Assembly (NCBI GenBank): GCA_030390025.1
Contig: CM059433.1
Location: 17,176,001-17,240,000, forward strand
From: Squalus acanthias
Lineage: Eukaryota
Direction of reading: 5' to 3'
DNA: 64,000 bases
Part shown: in pieces, positions 11,560 to 24,180 of the stretch
How the letters are laid out: every line of letters begins with the position of its first letter
Numbering within the stretch: the first letter of the stretch is position 1
Translations under genes and position numbers: made by a program
The notes under the pieces: generated by a model
What the model was told of the DNA's origin: nothing
Databases searched by the model: none
The model's input: the letters and a program-made list of their open reading frames with translations, nothing else

Positions 11560-13853
11560 TTGTATTGTGTAATGAGACAGGGTTAATTAGAAATCTCTCA
11601 GTAAAGGATCCTCTGGGGAAGAGTGATAATAATATAAAATTTCACATTGGGTTTGAGAGTGAAATACTTCAGTCAGAAACGAGAGTCTTAAACTTAAATA
11701 AAGCCAATTACATAGGTATGAGGGGCAAGTTAGCTAAAATAGATTGGGAAATTAGATTAAAAGATATGAAGGTAGATAAGCAGTGGCAAACATTTAAAGA
11801 AATATTCCAAAATTCTCAACGAATACTATACATTCCATTGAGAAATAAAAACTCCATGGAAAAGTGATATATCTGTGGCTAACTAAAGAAGTTAAGGATA
11901 GTATTAGATTAAAGAGAGAGGCTTATAATGTTATGAAGAATAATAGTAAGCCTGAGGATTGGGAGAGCTTTAGAAACCAGCAAAGGATGACCAAAAAATG
12001 AATAAATTGGGAGAAAGTAGAATGTGAGAGTAAACTAGCAAGAAATATAAAAACAGATCTTAAGAGCTTCTACAAGTATGTAAAAATAAAGAGCGTAGCA
12101 AAAGTAAGCGTTGGTCCCTTGGAGGCTGAGACAGGTGAAATTATAATGGGGAACAAGGAAATGGCTGATACTTTAAACAAATATTTTGTATCTGTCTTCA
12201 CTGTAGAAGACACAAAAAGCATACCAAATATAGTGGGGAACCAAGGGCCTAATAACAGTGAGGAACTTAAAGTAACTAATATCAGTAGAGAAAAGTACTT
12301 GAGAAACTAATGGGTCTAAAAGCCGACAAATTCCCTGGACCTGATGGTCTGCATCCTAGGGTTCTAAAAGAGGTGGCCGCAGAGATAGTGGATGCATTGG
12401 TTGTGATCTTCCAAAATTCCCTAGATTCTAGAATAGTCCCAGCGGATTGGAAGGTAGCAAATGTAATCCCGCTATTCAAGAAAGGAGGGAGAGAGCAAAC
12501 AGGGAACTACAGACCAGTTAGCCTGACATCAGTCATCAGGAAAATGCTAGAATCCATTATTAAGGAAGTGGTAACAGGGCACTTAGAAAATCATAATATG
12601 ATTAGACAGAGTCAGCATGGTTTTATGAAAGGGAAATCATGTTTGACAAATTTATTAGAGTTTTTTGAGGATGTAACTAGCAGGGTAGATAAAGGGGAAC
12701 CAGTGGATGTAGTATATTTGGATTTCCAAAAGGCATTCGATAAGGTGCCACATAAATGGTTGCTACATAAGATAAGGGCTCATGGGGTTGGGGGTCATAT
12801 ATTAGCATGGATAGAGGATTGGTTAATGGACAGAAAACAGAGAGTAGGGATAAATGGGTCATTTTCTGGTTGGCTGGCTGTAACTAGTGGGGTGCCGCAA
12901 GGATCAGTGTTGGGGCCTCAGCTATTTACAATCTATATTGATGACTTAGATGAAGGGACCGAGTGCAATGTATCCAAGTTTGCTGACAATACAAAGCTAG
13001 GTGGGAAAGTAAGCTGTGAGGAGGACACAAAGAGCCTGCAAAGTGATATAGACAGGTTAAGTGAGTGGGCAATAAGGTGGCAAATGGCGTACAATGTGGG
13101 GAAATGTGAGGTTATTCACTTTGGTAGGAAGAATAGAAAAAACAAATATATTTTAAATGGTGAGAAACTATTAAATGTTGGTGTTCAGAGAGATTTAGGT
13201 GTCCTTGCACAGGAAACAGAGTTAGCATGCAGGTACAGCAAGCAATTAGAAAAGCAAATGGCATGTTGGCCTTTATTGCAAGGGGGTTGGAGTACAAGAG
13301 TAAGGAAGTCTTACTACAATTGTATCGGCTTTGGTGAGACCACACCTAGAGTATTGCGGACAGTTTTGGTCCCCTTATCTGAGAAAGGATATACTTGGCT
13401 TAGAGGTGGTGCAACGAAGGTTCACTAGATTGGTTCCTGGGATGAGAGGGTTGTCCTATGAGGAGAGATGCAGTAGATTGGGCTGCACTCTCTGGAGTTT
13501 AGAAGAATGAGAGGTGATCTCATTGAAACATACAAGATTCTGAGGGGGATTGACAGGGTAGATGCTGAGAGGTTGTTTCCCCTGGCTGGAGAGTCTAGAA
13601 CTAGGGGACGTAGTCTCAGGAGAAGTGGTCGGCCGTTTAAGACTGAGATGAGGAGGAATTTCTTCACTCAGAGGGTTGTGAATCTTTGGAATTCTCTGCC
13701 CCAAAGGGCTGTGGATGATGAGTCATTGAGTATATTCAAGGCTGAGATAGATAGATTTTTGGACACTAGAGGAATAAAGGGATATAGGGATCGGACGGGA
13801 AAGTGGAGTTGAGGTTGATGATCAGCCATGATCTTATTCTTATGTTCTTATGT
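11560..13853 (+). mobile_element. 5'-truncated CR1 LINE (family A) with frameshifted ORF2
   Basis: RT motifs NYRPVSLTS, YLDFQKAFDKV, GVPQGSVLGP, FADN; terminal TTCTTATG repeats. Confidence 0.95.
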
Positions 13854-14033
13854 ACCAGCGGCCACTTAGCAAGAACAGAGCATTTTAAAACTGAAGGATT
13901 GGCTGTGTCTTCATCTCAAAGGGAGGTAATAAAGCTCCAAAAATCGCTTTAATATTCTTGAATATGGAAGTCATTTTATCATCAGTGGGACTCCGCTGTG
14001 AAAATTAATACAACTGAATCGAGAAAACATACT

Positions 14034-15431
14034 GTCACGGAATTTGCGGTCGGGATGACGACGAACTGTCAGCGTTTACTGTCATTCTGCCTTTGAAACT
14101 GACCGCATGCGGAAATCCCAAAGTTGCGGTCTGACAAATGACAGCTTCGAAACTGGCTACCAACCCTCCAACCCCACAGATCATTGAAACTGACGAAAAC
14201 TTCGGCTCTTCCGCAGTAAGTACGCTGTTAAATTCCCCACTGAAAGTTAGACCCAAAGGGATTAGGTACAACTGGGGTTTTATTTTAATTTTGTGCAGTG
14301 TGCAATTTGTCAATTTTAATAAAAATTATATTTTTAAGAAATTTTTTTCAATTTTTTAAAAACTTTTTTTTTAAAGTTGTGCATCGTTATTTTAGGTTTG
14401 CCTTTTCCCCATGTGAGAACCCCACACATTTGTTTTGCTCACTCTAGCTATTTTTAAAAAGTTAGCGGGAAAAATTGGGTATAGCCCATTTTGGGGCGCT
14501 AACCTTGCCCTGGAAAGTTAGCGCCCTTACCCCATAAATTCAGTAGTAGCGCCCCAAGCAGGAGGTGGGACGCTACTGGAAGCGCTCCACCTCCTGCTTG
14601 GGGCGCTACTACTCAATGTCGCAGCGCTACGTGCTGCCACGCCACGTGTGACGGCATGTAGCACCGCATCATTGCAGGCCTCCTCCCCTGATTAAAGGGG
14701 TGGGGCTGTGCGCTGTGCGCACCGGGGCCCAACCGGACCACCGGGGAGCGGGGTGCTGTGGAAACAGCCCAGCACTCGAGGACTGCCGGGCTGAGCGATC
14801 GCGGCCGGCACCCCGCATACAAATGTGAAAGGAAGCAAGTGCTGGCAGTTGGCCAAAATAAAAATGGCCGCCTGACACCTCTCCCTTTAAATTGCGCCGC
14901 TGCCCGCTATCGCCGCTGCAAAACCGCCCCCTGATCCTATCACACATATCAGCCGGTAATAGGTCAGGGGGCGCAACGGAAGTTTGTGGCCGGAGCGCAA
15001 ACGGGATGCTATGCATGGTGATGACGCCATCATCGCCGGCACAGCGGAGCGGGGCGCTACCGACTCCCGCCGCCGCTAACCTCCTGCTGAATATCGCGGG
15101 AGGCGTTCGCAGCGCCGCGCCCGGGTGCTAGCGCATTTGCGCCTCATGAGAGGCGCAAAGCAACCCAATTTCTAGCCCTTTGTATTTTAAGAGCTTACTC
15201 ACTTCCGTGTTTGCCGACTGTGAGAATTCTGCCTTTTGATTGGCTGCTTAGATAGCCTGTTGACATCATAGCAGTTTGCACAAGAGGATCCCCACTACAA
15301 TCCATCGAATTAAATTGAAGGTCGGAAAACCCGAAGTTCTTGACACAGGAATTGCGAGATCCTTGTGCGGAGTGTAGTTCAGGGCCAGCAGCGAACGCCT
15401 TCAATTCTCCGCTGACCGCAAATTCCGGGCC
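14034..15431. mobile_element. Harbinger-type MITE (same family as 24181-25471), interrupted by another MITE
   Basis: Ends GTCACGGAATTTGCGG...CCGCAAATTCCGGGCC; sequence on either side of the insert joins as in 24690-24730. Confidence 0.82.
14465..15178. mobile_element. Nested GC-rich Harbinger MITE, reverse orientation relative to 23103-23800
   Basis: GCGGGAAAAATTGGGT...ACCCAATTTCTAGCCC; flanks TTA/TTT. Confidence 0.85.
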
Positions 15432-16227
15432 GCTGATTTTTTTTTCTCTCTGGATTTTCTCTTAGCAATAGAGGAATTAGATATGAAATGATTATTATGA
15501 GTGAAAATTTAAATTGTTTTCTGGATTCTCTCCTTGGAGAACCTATCAAATGACTATATGAAGAATGATGCAATGCTGACAAGTGGATCTCATTGTTGCC
15601 TAGTGTAAACTTAATTAGTGCGCTGTACTTTTATGTAGCACTTCACAGTAGCTATTAAAGATTTGTGTATTCAAAACACCCTAATCTTTACTATACTGAG
15701 TCCTGGAGTGTATTTTCAGAATTATCACTATCGCACACAATGTCCTAATAGTATTGAATGCCGCAGTGAATTAGTAGCAATGGCACAGAAACATTTTCCT
15801 TCCAGAGACCAGGCTTAATTAATTCTATATATATAGTTAAAAAAAATTACTTACGAGACTAACCACGAGCCAGACATGGATCTTTGTCTGCTTTGGGAAA
15901 ATGCCAAAATATTAAAATATTACTTGATTTTATCCCATTCTTCTAATGGAAAAGCTTGTTTTGACTAAGTAGGCTGAATTGGGAGGAAAGGTCATTTTCC
16001 TGAAATCAATGTGCTAAACTAAGTTTAGTGAGGAGCTCTATGGGCAACATTGATTTAGAATAAAGTTGAGGAGAAGAAAAGTGTGATGATATGAGAGTAT
16101 GACATTTTTGGGACTTTTTCTGTCTTTCTGAGTCCAGATATTTTTGCTCACATACTTTAGACTACTTTTATAAGTGAGTCCTAGTTCTCTGTGGCACTGA
16201 GAATGTCTTCACTGGCTTTGCTATCCT

Positions 16228-19200
16228 GGGAATGGTAGCATAGTGGTTATGTTACTGGACTAGTAATCCAGAGGACTGGACTAATGATTCAGAGACGTGA
16301 GTTCAAATCCCACCACAGCAGCTGGGGAATTTAAATTCAGTTAATTAAATAAATCTGGAATTCAAAAGCTAGTATCAGTAATGGTCATCACGAAACTATT
16401 GGATTGTTGTAAAAACCCATCTAGTTCTGGTTTAGGGAAGGAAATCTGCTGTCCTTATCTGGTCGTGACTATATGCAATGTGATTGACTCTTAACTGCCC
16501 TCTGGCCTATTCAGTTGTAACAAACTGCTACGAATAATAAGAATAAAACCAGTCAGACCACCCGGCATTGACCGAGGCAGTGGCTTCGAACACGACAACA
16601 GCGCACCCAGCCCAGTTGACCCTGTAAAGTCCTCCTCACTAACATCTGGGGATTTGTGCCAAAATTGGGAGAGCTGTCCCACAGACTAGTCAAGCAACAG
16701 CCTGACATAGTCATACTCACAATGTCCCAGACTCCGCCATCACCAGCAGTTGGCGGCACAGTTGGGAAGGAGTGGCCCTGGGAGTCCTCAACATTGACTC
16801 TGGACCCCATGAAATCTCATGGCTTCAGGTCAAGCCATGGGCAAGGAAACTTCCTGCTGATTACCACCTACCGCTTTCCCTCAGCTGATGACTCATTACT
16901 CCTCCATGTTGAACACTGGAAGAAGCACTGAGGGTAGCAAGGGCACAGAATGTACTCTGGGTGGGGGACGTCAATGTCCATCACCAAGAGTGGCTCGGTA
17001 GCTCCACTGCTGACCAAGCTGGCCGAGTCCTGAAGGACAAAGCTGCCAGATTGGGCCTGCGACAGGTGGTGAGAGAACCAACACGAGGGGAAAAACCTAC
17101 TTGACCTCGGTCTCCCCAATCTACCTGTTGCAGATGCATCTGCCAATGACTGCATTGGTAGTAGTGACCACCGTACTTACGGAGACGAAGTCCTGCCTTC
17201 ACACTGAGGACACCCTCCATCGTATTGTGTGGCACTACCACTGTTGTAAATGGAGTAGATTCAAAAATCTAGAAGCTCAAAACTGGGCATCCATGAGGCG
17301 CTGTGGGCTATCAGCAGCAGCAGAATTGTATACCGTGGCCCGGCATACCCCTCACTCCACCATCAAGCCTGGTGAATCTACAACACAGGACTACATGCAT
17401 GCTAAACAGCGGAAGCAGCATGCTATAGACAGAGCTAAGTGATTCCACAATCACCGGATTAGATCAAAGCTCTGCAGTCCTGCCACATCCAGTCATGAAT
17501 GGTGGTGGACAATTAAACAACTAACGGGAGGTGGAGGCTCTATGAATATCCCCATCCTCAATGATGGTGGAGCCTAGCACGTGAGTGCAAAAGACAAGGC
17601 TGAAGCGTTTGCAACCATCTAAAGCCAGAAGTGCCAAGTGGATGATTAATTTGGCCTCCTCCTGAGGTCCTCACCATCACAAAAGCCAGTCTTCAGCCAA
17701 TTTGATTCACTCCACGTGATATCAAAAAACGGCTCAGTGCACTGGATACAGCAAAGGCTATGGGCCCCGACAACATCCCGGTTGTCGTGCTGAAGACTTG
17801 TGCTCCAGAGCTAGCCGAGCCTCTAACTAAGCTGTTCCAGTACAGCTACAACACTGGCATCTATCCGACAATGTGAAAAACTGCCCAGGTATGCCCTGTC
17901 CACAAAAAGCAGGACAAATCCAATCCGGCCAGCTACCACGCCATCAGTCCACTCTCAATCATCAGCAAAGTAATGGATGGTGTTGTCGACAGTGTTATCA
18001 AGCGGCACTTACTCACCAACAAGCTGCTCACCGATGCTCAGTTTGTGTTCCGCCAGGACCACTCGACTCCAGACCTCAATACAGCCTTGGTCCAAACATG
18101 GACAAAAGTGCGGAATTCCAGAGGTGAGGTGAGAGTGACTGCCCTTGACATCAAGGCAGCATATGACCAAGTGTGGCATCAAGGAGCCCTAGTAAAATTG
18201 AAGTCAATGGAAATCAGGGGGGAAAAGCTGTTTTTTGATATCACAAAGCTGGGTGGGAATGTAAGTTGTGAGGAGGATGCAAGGAGGCTTCAAGGGGATA
18301 TAGACAGGTTAAGTGAGTGGGCAAGAACATGGCAAATGGAATATAATGTGGAGAAATGTGAAGTTATCCACTTTGGTAGGAAAAATAGAAAAGCAGAGTA
18401 TTTTTTAAATGGTGAGAGATTGGGAAATGTTGGTGTTCAGAGGGACCTGGGTGTCCTTGTACACAAATCACTGAAAGTTAACATGCAGGTACAGCAAGAA
18501 ATTAGGAAAGCAAATGGTATGTTGGCCTTTATTACAAGAGGATTGAGTATAAGAGTAAAGACGTCTTACTGCAATTATATAGGGCCCTGGTGAGACCACA
18601 CCTGGAGTACTGTTTTCAGTTTTGGTCTCCTTACCTAAGGAAGGATATACTTGCCATAGAGGGAGTGCAATGAAGGTTCACCAGACTGGTTCATGGGATG
18701 GGGGGATTATCCTATGAGAAGAGATGGAGTAGACTAGGCCTATATTCTCTAGAGTTTAGAAGAATGAGAGGGTTTGACAGGGTAGATGCAGGGAGGATGT
18801 TTCCCCTGGCTGGGGAGTCTAGAACCAGGGGTCACAGTCTCAGCATAAGGGGTCGGCCATTTAAGACTGTGATGAGGAGAAATTTCTTCACTCAGAGGGT
18901 GGTGAAGCTTTGGAATTCTCTACCCCAGAGGGCTGTGGAGGCTCAGTCGTTGGGTATATTCAAGACAGAGATGGATAGATTTTTGAATATTAAGGGAATC
19001 AAGGGATATGGGGATAGTGCAGGAAAGTGGAGATGAGGTAGAAGATCAGCCATGATCTTATTGAATGGCGGAGCAGGCTCGAAGGGCCAAATGGCCGCCT
19101 CCTGCTCCTATTTCTTATGTTATGTTAAAACTCTCCACTGGCTGGAGTCATACCTAGGACAAAGGAAGATAGCTGTGGTTGTTGGAGGTCAATCATCTCA

Positions 19201-19710
19201 GCCCCAGGACATCGCTGTAGGAGTTCCTCAGGATAGTGCCCTAGGCCGAACCATCTTCAGCTGCTTCCTCAATGACCTTCCCTCCATCATAAGGTCAGAA
19301 GTGTGGATGTTCGCTGATGATTGCACAGTGTTCAGTTCCATTCGCAACTCCTCAGATAATGAAGCAGTCCATGCCCGCATGCAGCAAGATCTGGATGACA
19401 TTCAGGCTTGACCTGATAAGTGGCAAGTAACATTCGTGCCACACAAGTGCCAGGCAATGATTATTTCCAGCAATCGAGAGTCTAACCACCTCCCCTTGAC
19501 ATTCAATTGGATTACCATCACCGTTCTTTCATCGTCGCTAGGTGAAAATTCTGGAACTTCCACCCTAACAGCGCTGTGGGAGTACCTTCACTACACGGAC
19601 TTCAGTGGTTGAAGAAGGCAGCTCACCACCACCTTCTCATGGGCAACTAATGATGGGCAATAAAAGCTGGCCTTGCCAGCGACGCCCACATCTCGTGAAT
19701 GAATAAAAAC
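16228..19710 (+). mobile_element. CR1-group LINE family B with tRNA-like 5' head, decayed, with a nested CR1
   Basis: APE motifs (QPDIVILT, GD-NVHH) and RT motifs (VTALDIKAAYD, GVPQDS, MFADD); same layout as 42168-45410. Confidence 0.9.
18227..19126 (+). mobile_element. CR1 family A 3' fragment nested in LINE B
   Basis: Interrupts GGGGAAAA|CTCTCCACTGG (contiguous at about 44320); AAAA on both sides; CR1 C-terminus and TTATG tail. Confidence 0.92.
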
Positions 19711-20155
19711 GAATAGATAAATTTTTCTGGTGTGGGCAGATTAATGAACAGCAAATCTTTTTGATATCTTCAGTTACTGGATCTATCCAGTGCCTTCACA
19801 AGCTTTTCTTCACATCGTCCAGAATATCACAACACCAGACCTGATTTTAAATGTTAGCTACCAAACTAACAATAGATGTACAAGCAGATATAATAATTGT
19901 TATACCATACAAATTCGTCAAAATAGAAAATAGTTTTTAATTTCTAATACTATATTCGGGGGACTTCTTCCGGCTCCCAAATTCTTTGCAAAAGAAGGTG
20001 GAAATTGTTGTTAAGCACCTCGCCCCCTCCCCCCCCCACTCCCATACATTTCAATTGGAATCTCATCTGGTCCAGCAATTTATTGTTACGCATCTTCTTG
20101 GTCGCTCCTTGTATAACCCAAGTATGGGCGAATTGTCTAGTTTGATTGAGATATT

Positions 20156-22284
20156 GGCCCAGATTTTGCTGTCAACGGTGAAGAAACCGCACTCGCCATT
20201 AACCTCGTCGACAGCTGCCCACAGTTTTTGCGGGCTTCTCAGTGGAGATTTCCTCCAATCTAGCACCTGATCCAGCGCTGCGCCCTCTACAGGGGATCTG
20301 TGGCGTCCGCGAGCAGGGAAAGAAACAGCGAGGCTTTTCAACCAATCAGATTGAAAAATCCTCACTGAAACATGCAGGCTGGAATTTTCCTTACCTTGGC
20401 GGGTCTGGTGCGGCCGGTATCTGAGGTGGGTCCCGACCTCGCTGCTGGCTCCATCCCACTGTACAAAATGGACTTACCTTAATGGGGCCTATTAAGCCCC
20501 GCCCAGCGTGTTACCCGGCCCAATTAGATGGAGCGGGTCTGGTGACATCACTCATGACACGTTTTAAGCTGAGATCCTTAAAGGGACCCTGGCCACATTA
20601 AATTTTAAGTTTAATCTAACATAGTGGGTGTTGAATCTTTACTCTACAATAATATAATAAAAGTTATATATGCGTGACAAAGAAATATTAAAATAAAATT
20701 ATCATTAAGTAATATGACTCCATCTACAAATATGATCAAGAACATCATTTAAAAAGTACATTAATTGGGAAGTTATTGGTGCGTTAGTCACAAATTTGTA
20801 GACTTTTGCATCAGTAATTGGTACAAATAAAAGATGTGTGTGTTTTGGTAATACATAAAATTAAGCAGATTTTAAATGTAATTGTCAAGGGGTGTATTTA
20901 CAATCTTATGCAAGTTCAACAGAAGAGCTGCGGAATCCCTGACAAACAGTGTAAGTGGTGCTTACAATGTGTTTCTGGGATTTCTGCAGCTCTTCTGTTG
21001 AAGTTAACAATGGACAAGTGAGAGAACCTCTGCAGAAATTCACCCTAAAGTCTCAGACTGAAAAATTAAATTAGTCATATTCAGGGACTGAAAGCAAATT
21101 GAACTAATGGAATGAGTGATGAGAATGAAATTGTTATGGTTGATGACTTGATTTAATGTGTAACTGGACAATCACAGTATAGTGTGAGAAAAACCTGAGC
21201 AGAAACAACACAAACATTTATTTAAATGGCATATATCATTTTTTATAGTGCAGATCAATTCACTGCAATTACTGTTCAGTTGGAAGGCAACAGCCGAGAA
21301 TGGCAAGTGAAAAATTAACATTTACCAATAGCTTTTCAAGTAGTACAGAATCGCCATCAATCTGTTAGCTGATGTGATCAACATGTTTTTATTTTGATTT
21401 GTTTTCCATGCTGTCAAGAAATCAGCTGGAGCAATGGCTACGGAACTCGCCCCTTAGGTTGACAGACGTGGTTCCCGAGCTGTGTGAATCCCTTGGCCAT
21501 GCAGGGAAATTTAAAAAGTAGGGGGAGAAAGACTCTTAAGTGCCTGTAAAGTACCGCATAATTATTTCAATTGAGTCCCCCGCCGCTGCAGTTTGAGTCA
21601 GCTGACAGATGCGCCTGTGGGAAAGGCGTGTGGGACTAAGTTGTCAGCGGGTTCGGGACTAAGTTGTCAGAGGGTTCCCGACCCGCTGTCAAAAAAAACT
21701 ACTTTCCCACATGACCCGCCACCAATCGCGCCCACTACCACCACGGAAAATTCAGCCTGCAGAATCTAAACCAGGAAAAATAAATTAGATTTAAATCAAG
21801 TCCAGAAAGCAAAATAAAGATTGGGAAAGACAGATGGGATTAAGAAAGAGAGATAAAAGAGACAGACAGAAAAAGTAAAAAACATTTTTTTATTTAAATC
21901 TCCAATACTAATTCACTTCTGAAGGAATGAGACTCCACAATTGTAAAATTATATTTTCAGGGCCAGAGAGGTAGTTTGGCAGTAATTATCAATTATCACG
22001 CTGTTAAAAATTCACTTACTCCTGAATGCACCAGCCCTAACTTTTTCTGGCGGCTTTAGTGGGGAACTAGTGGGCAAACACCCCAAGTTTACACCGTTAC
22101 AGTGATTTCAGTGCCGAGTCTATCGGTGAGGACTGTTACAGCGCACCCTGTGGAGGAGCTGGGTATCTCTGAGAGCAACTTCTGGATTTATGCGTTTAAT
22201 TGTGCATGTGGGGACGCCAGAAGTTGCTGTCCGATTTTCTCCGTTATAACTGTGAGAACTTTTTCTTGCAGCAAAATCCGGCCC
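20156..22284. mobile_element. Harbinger-type MITE with a nested insertion
   Basis: GGCCCAGATTTTGC...GCAAAATCCGGCCC, TSD ATT/ATT. Confidence 0.75.
20377..21758. mobile_element. Nested TIR element with an AT-rich interior
   Basis: GGCTGGAATTTTCC...GGAAAATTCAGCCT, TSD GCA/GCA. Confidence 0.68.
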
Positions 22285-23102
22285 ATTGTGTTTGGGCATC
22301 TGGCCAATTACTTGTTGACTGAAAGCTGAATCCCATTTTCAAAAGGTCATGGAAATATTCCTCCCATCGCTTTAAAATCCCCTCGTTATCCTCGTTAATC
22401 AGATAGTTACCATCCTTTGACCGAAGATGTCCTCCAAGATCATAAAGATGCAAATACCATCTATAAGAAAAAAAGGTGAGAAATCAGATTGTAGCAATTA
22501 TCGTGGTATCAATAACGGAGAAAGTTCTATCTAGAATTCTGGATAATTGCATTTTTCCACCCTCAGAAAGGTTTCTTCCTGAAACCTAGAATGGTTTCAG
22601 AGCTGGTACGGGTACTAATGAGATTTGCAGCGCGCCAGTTAACAAGGAAAGTGTCCAGAGCAGCACCGTGATTTATACATGGCGTTCATTGATCTGGCTA
22701 AGGCTTATGATTCAGTGGACGGGGAACTCCATGGAAGTTTGGTTGCCCCCCGAAAGTTTGTCTCAATTGTCAGACAACTTCCCGACAACATGAAAGGAAG
22801 GATATTCTACAGTGGGTCTCAATTTGAATCCTTCCCCATCGAAACTGGAGTAAAACAAGGATGCGTCATTGCACCGATCCTCGTTGTTATTTTCTTTGTG
22901 GCTTTTCTATCTTGAGCTTCTGTCAATCTATCCTGCAGCATAGAAATCAAGTACCAACTAGACGACAAGCTTTTCCGTCTAAGGCACTTATAGGCAAAGG
23001 TGAAAGTTCTTGCCACCATCATCATCATCAATCTTCAGTATGCTGAATTTTTTTGAAGCCTACAATCTATTCAGACTCTCTATTAATGTTTCTAAAAATA
23101 AA

Positions 23103-23800
23103 GGGGGAAAAATTCGGGTGCTTTGTGCCTCCTCTTAGCGCCGGGCGCGGCGCCCCCAGCGCCTCCCGCGAAATTCAGCGGGAGGTTAGCGGCGGCGCTA
23201 ACCGTTAGCGCCCTGCGCCGCCGGTGATGACGTCATCGCCGTGCGCAGCGCCCCGGCTGTGATCTTCGGTAGCGCACCCTGACTTACCGCTGGACGCTAT
23301 GTCCGACGGGGTCAGGGGGGCAAACCTGCGGCTGGAGTGGCGCTAATTAAAGGCGAGGTGCTGGGCGGCCATTTTTGTTGCTGGCCACATGTCAGCATCT
23401 GCCCCTGTTGCTGTCCCCGGCCTTCTGAGAAGCCCCCCCTCGCCGCAGAGTGCGGGCTGCTCTCCGTGAGCCCGGCACTTCTCTTGAGTGCCAGGCTCTT
23501 TTGCCGGAACTCCGATCCCTGGTGGCCCAGCTGGGCCCCGGGTCGTGCTGCGCAAGGCCCCTTCCCTTTAAGAAGGGGAGGAAGGCCTGTAGTACCGCTG
23601 TGCGACGTGCCTCGGCACGTGGCGCTGCGGCATGTAGCGCGTGATATTCCCTCGCAGCGCCACAAGAGGGAGGCAGGGCACTCCCAGTAGCGCCTCACTT
23701 CCCTCTTGGGGCGCTACCGATGAATTTCGGACGCAGGGGCGGTAATTTTTTCGGGGGCGAAGTTAGCGCCCCAAAGGGGGCGCGACTCAATTTTTCCCCC
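23103..23800. mobile_element. GC-rich Harbinger MITE inserted in the RTE
   Basis: Perfect 12-bp TIR GGGGGAAAAATT, TSD AAA/AAA; removing it restores the RTE frame (SKNK-VLYQP). Confidence 0.9.
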
Positions 23801-24180
23801 AAAGTGCTTTATCAACCTATACCTGGTACTCTGGCTTCTCATCCATCAATAAACATTATTGGAATGATTCTAGAGTATGTCGACTATTTTGCAAACTGTG
23901 GTAGCTATCTATCAAAGAATGCAAACATCGATGAGGAGATTCAGCACCGCATTATTGTGCCTCAGCAGCTTTAGGCCACCTGAGGACCCACGTCTTCGAT
24001 GAAAAAGGACTGGATGTATCTACAAAGATTATGGTTTACAAGTCTGTTGTTATCTCAACCCTACTCTATGGCTCTGCATCCTGGGTTTCTTACCGAAGGC
24101 ATCTCAAGACCCTTGAACACTTCCAGCAGTGATCCTTCAGCAAAACCCTTCACATTCGCTGGGATTACTGTAAAACCAAT

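Noticed and set aside
12310..13428. 372-aa ORF as a functional or domesticated reverse transcriptase
   Set aside because: Part of a truncated, frameshifted CR1; the catalytic motif reads FADN.
17973..18593. 206-aa novel RT fusion protein
   Set aside because: Artefact of a CR1 fragment landing in frame inside another LINE.
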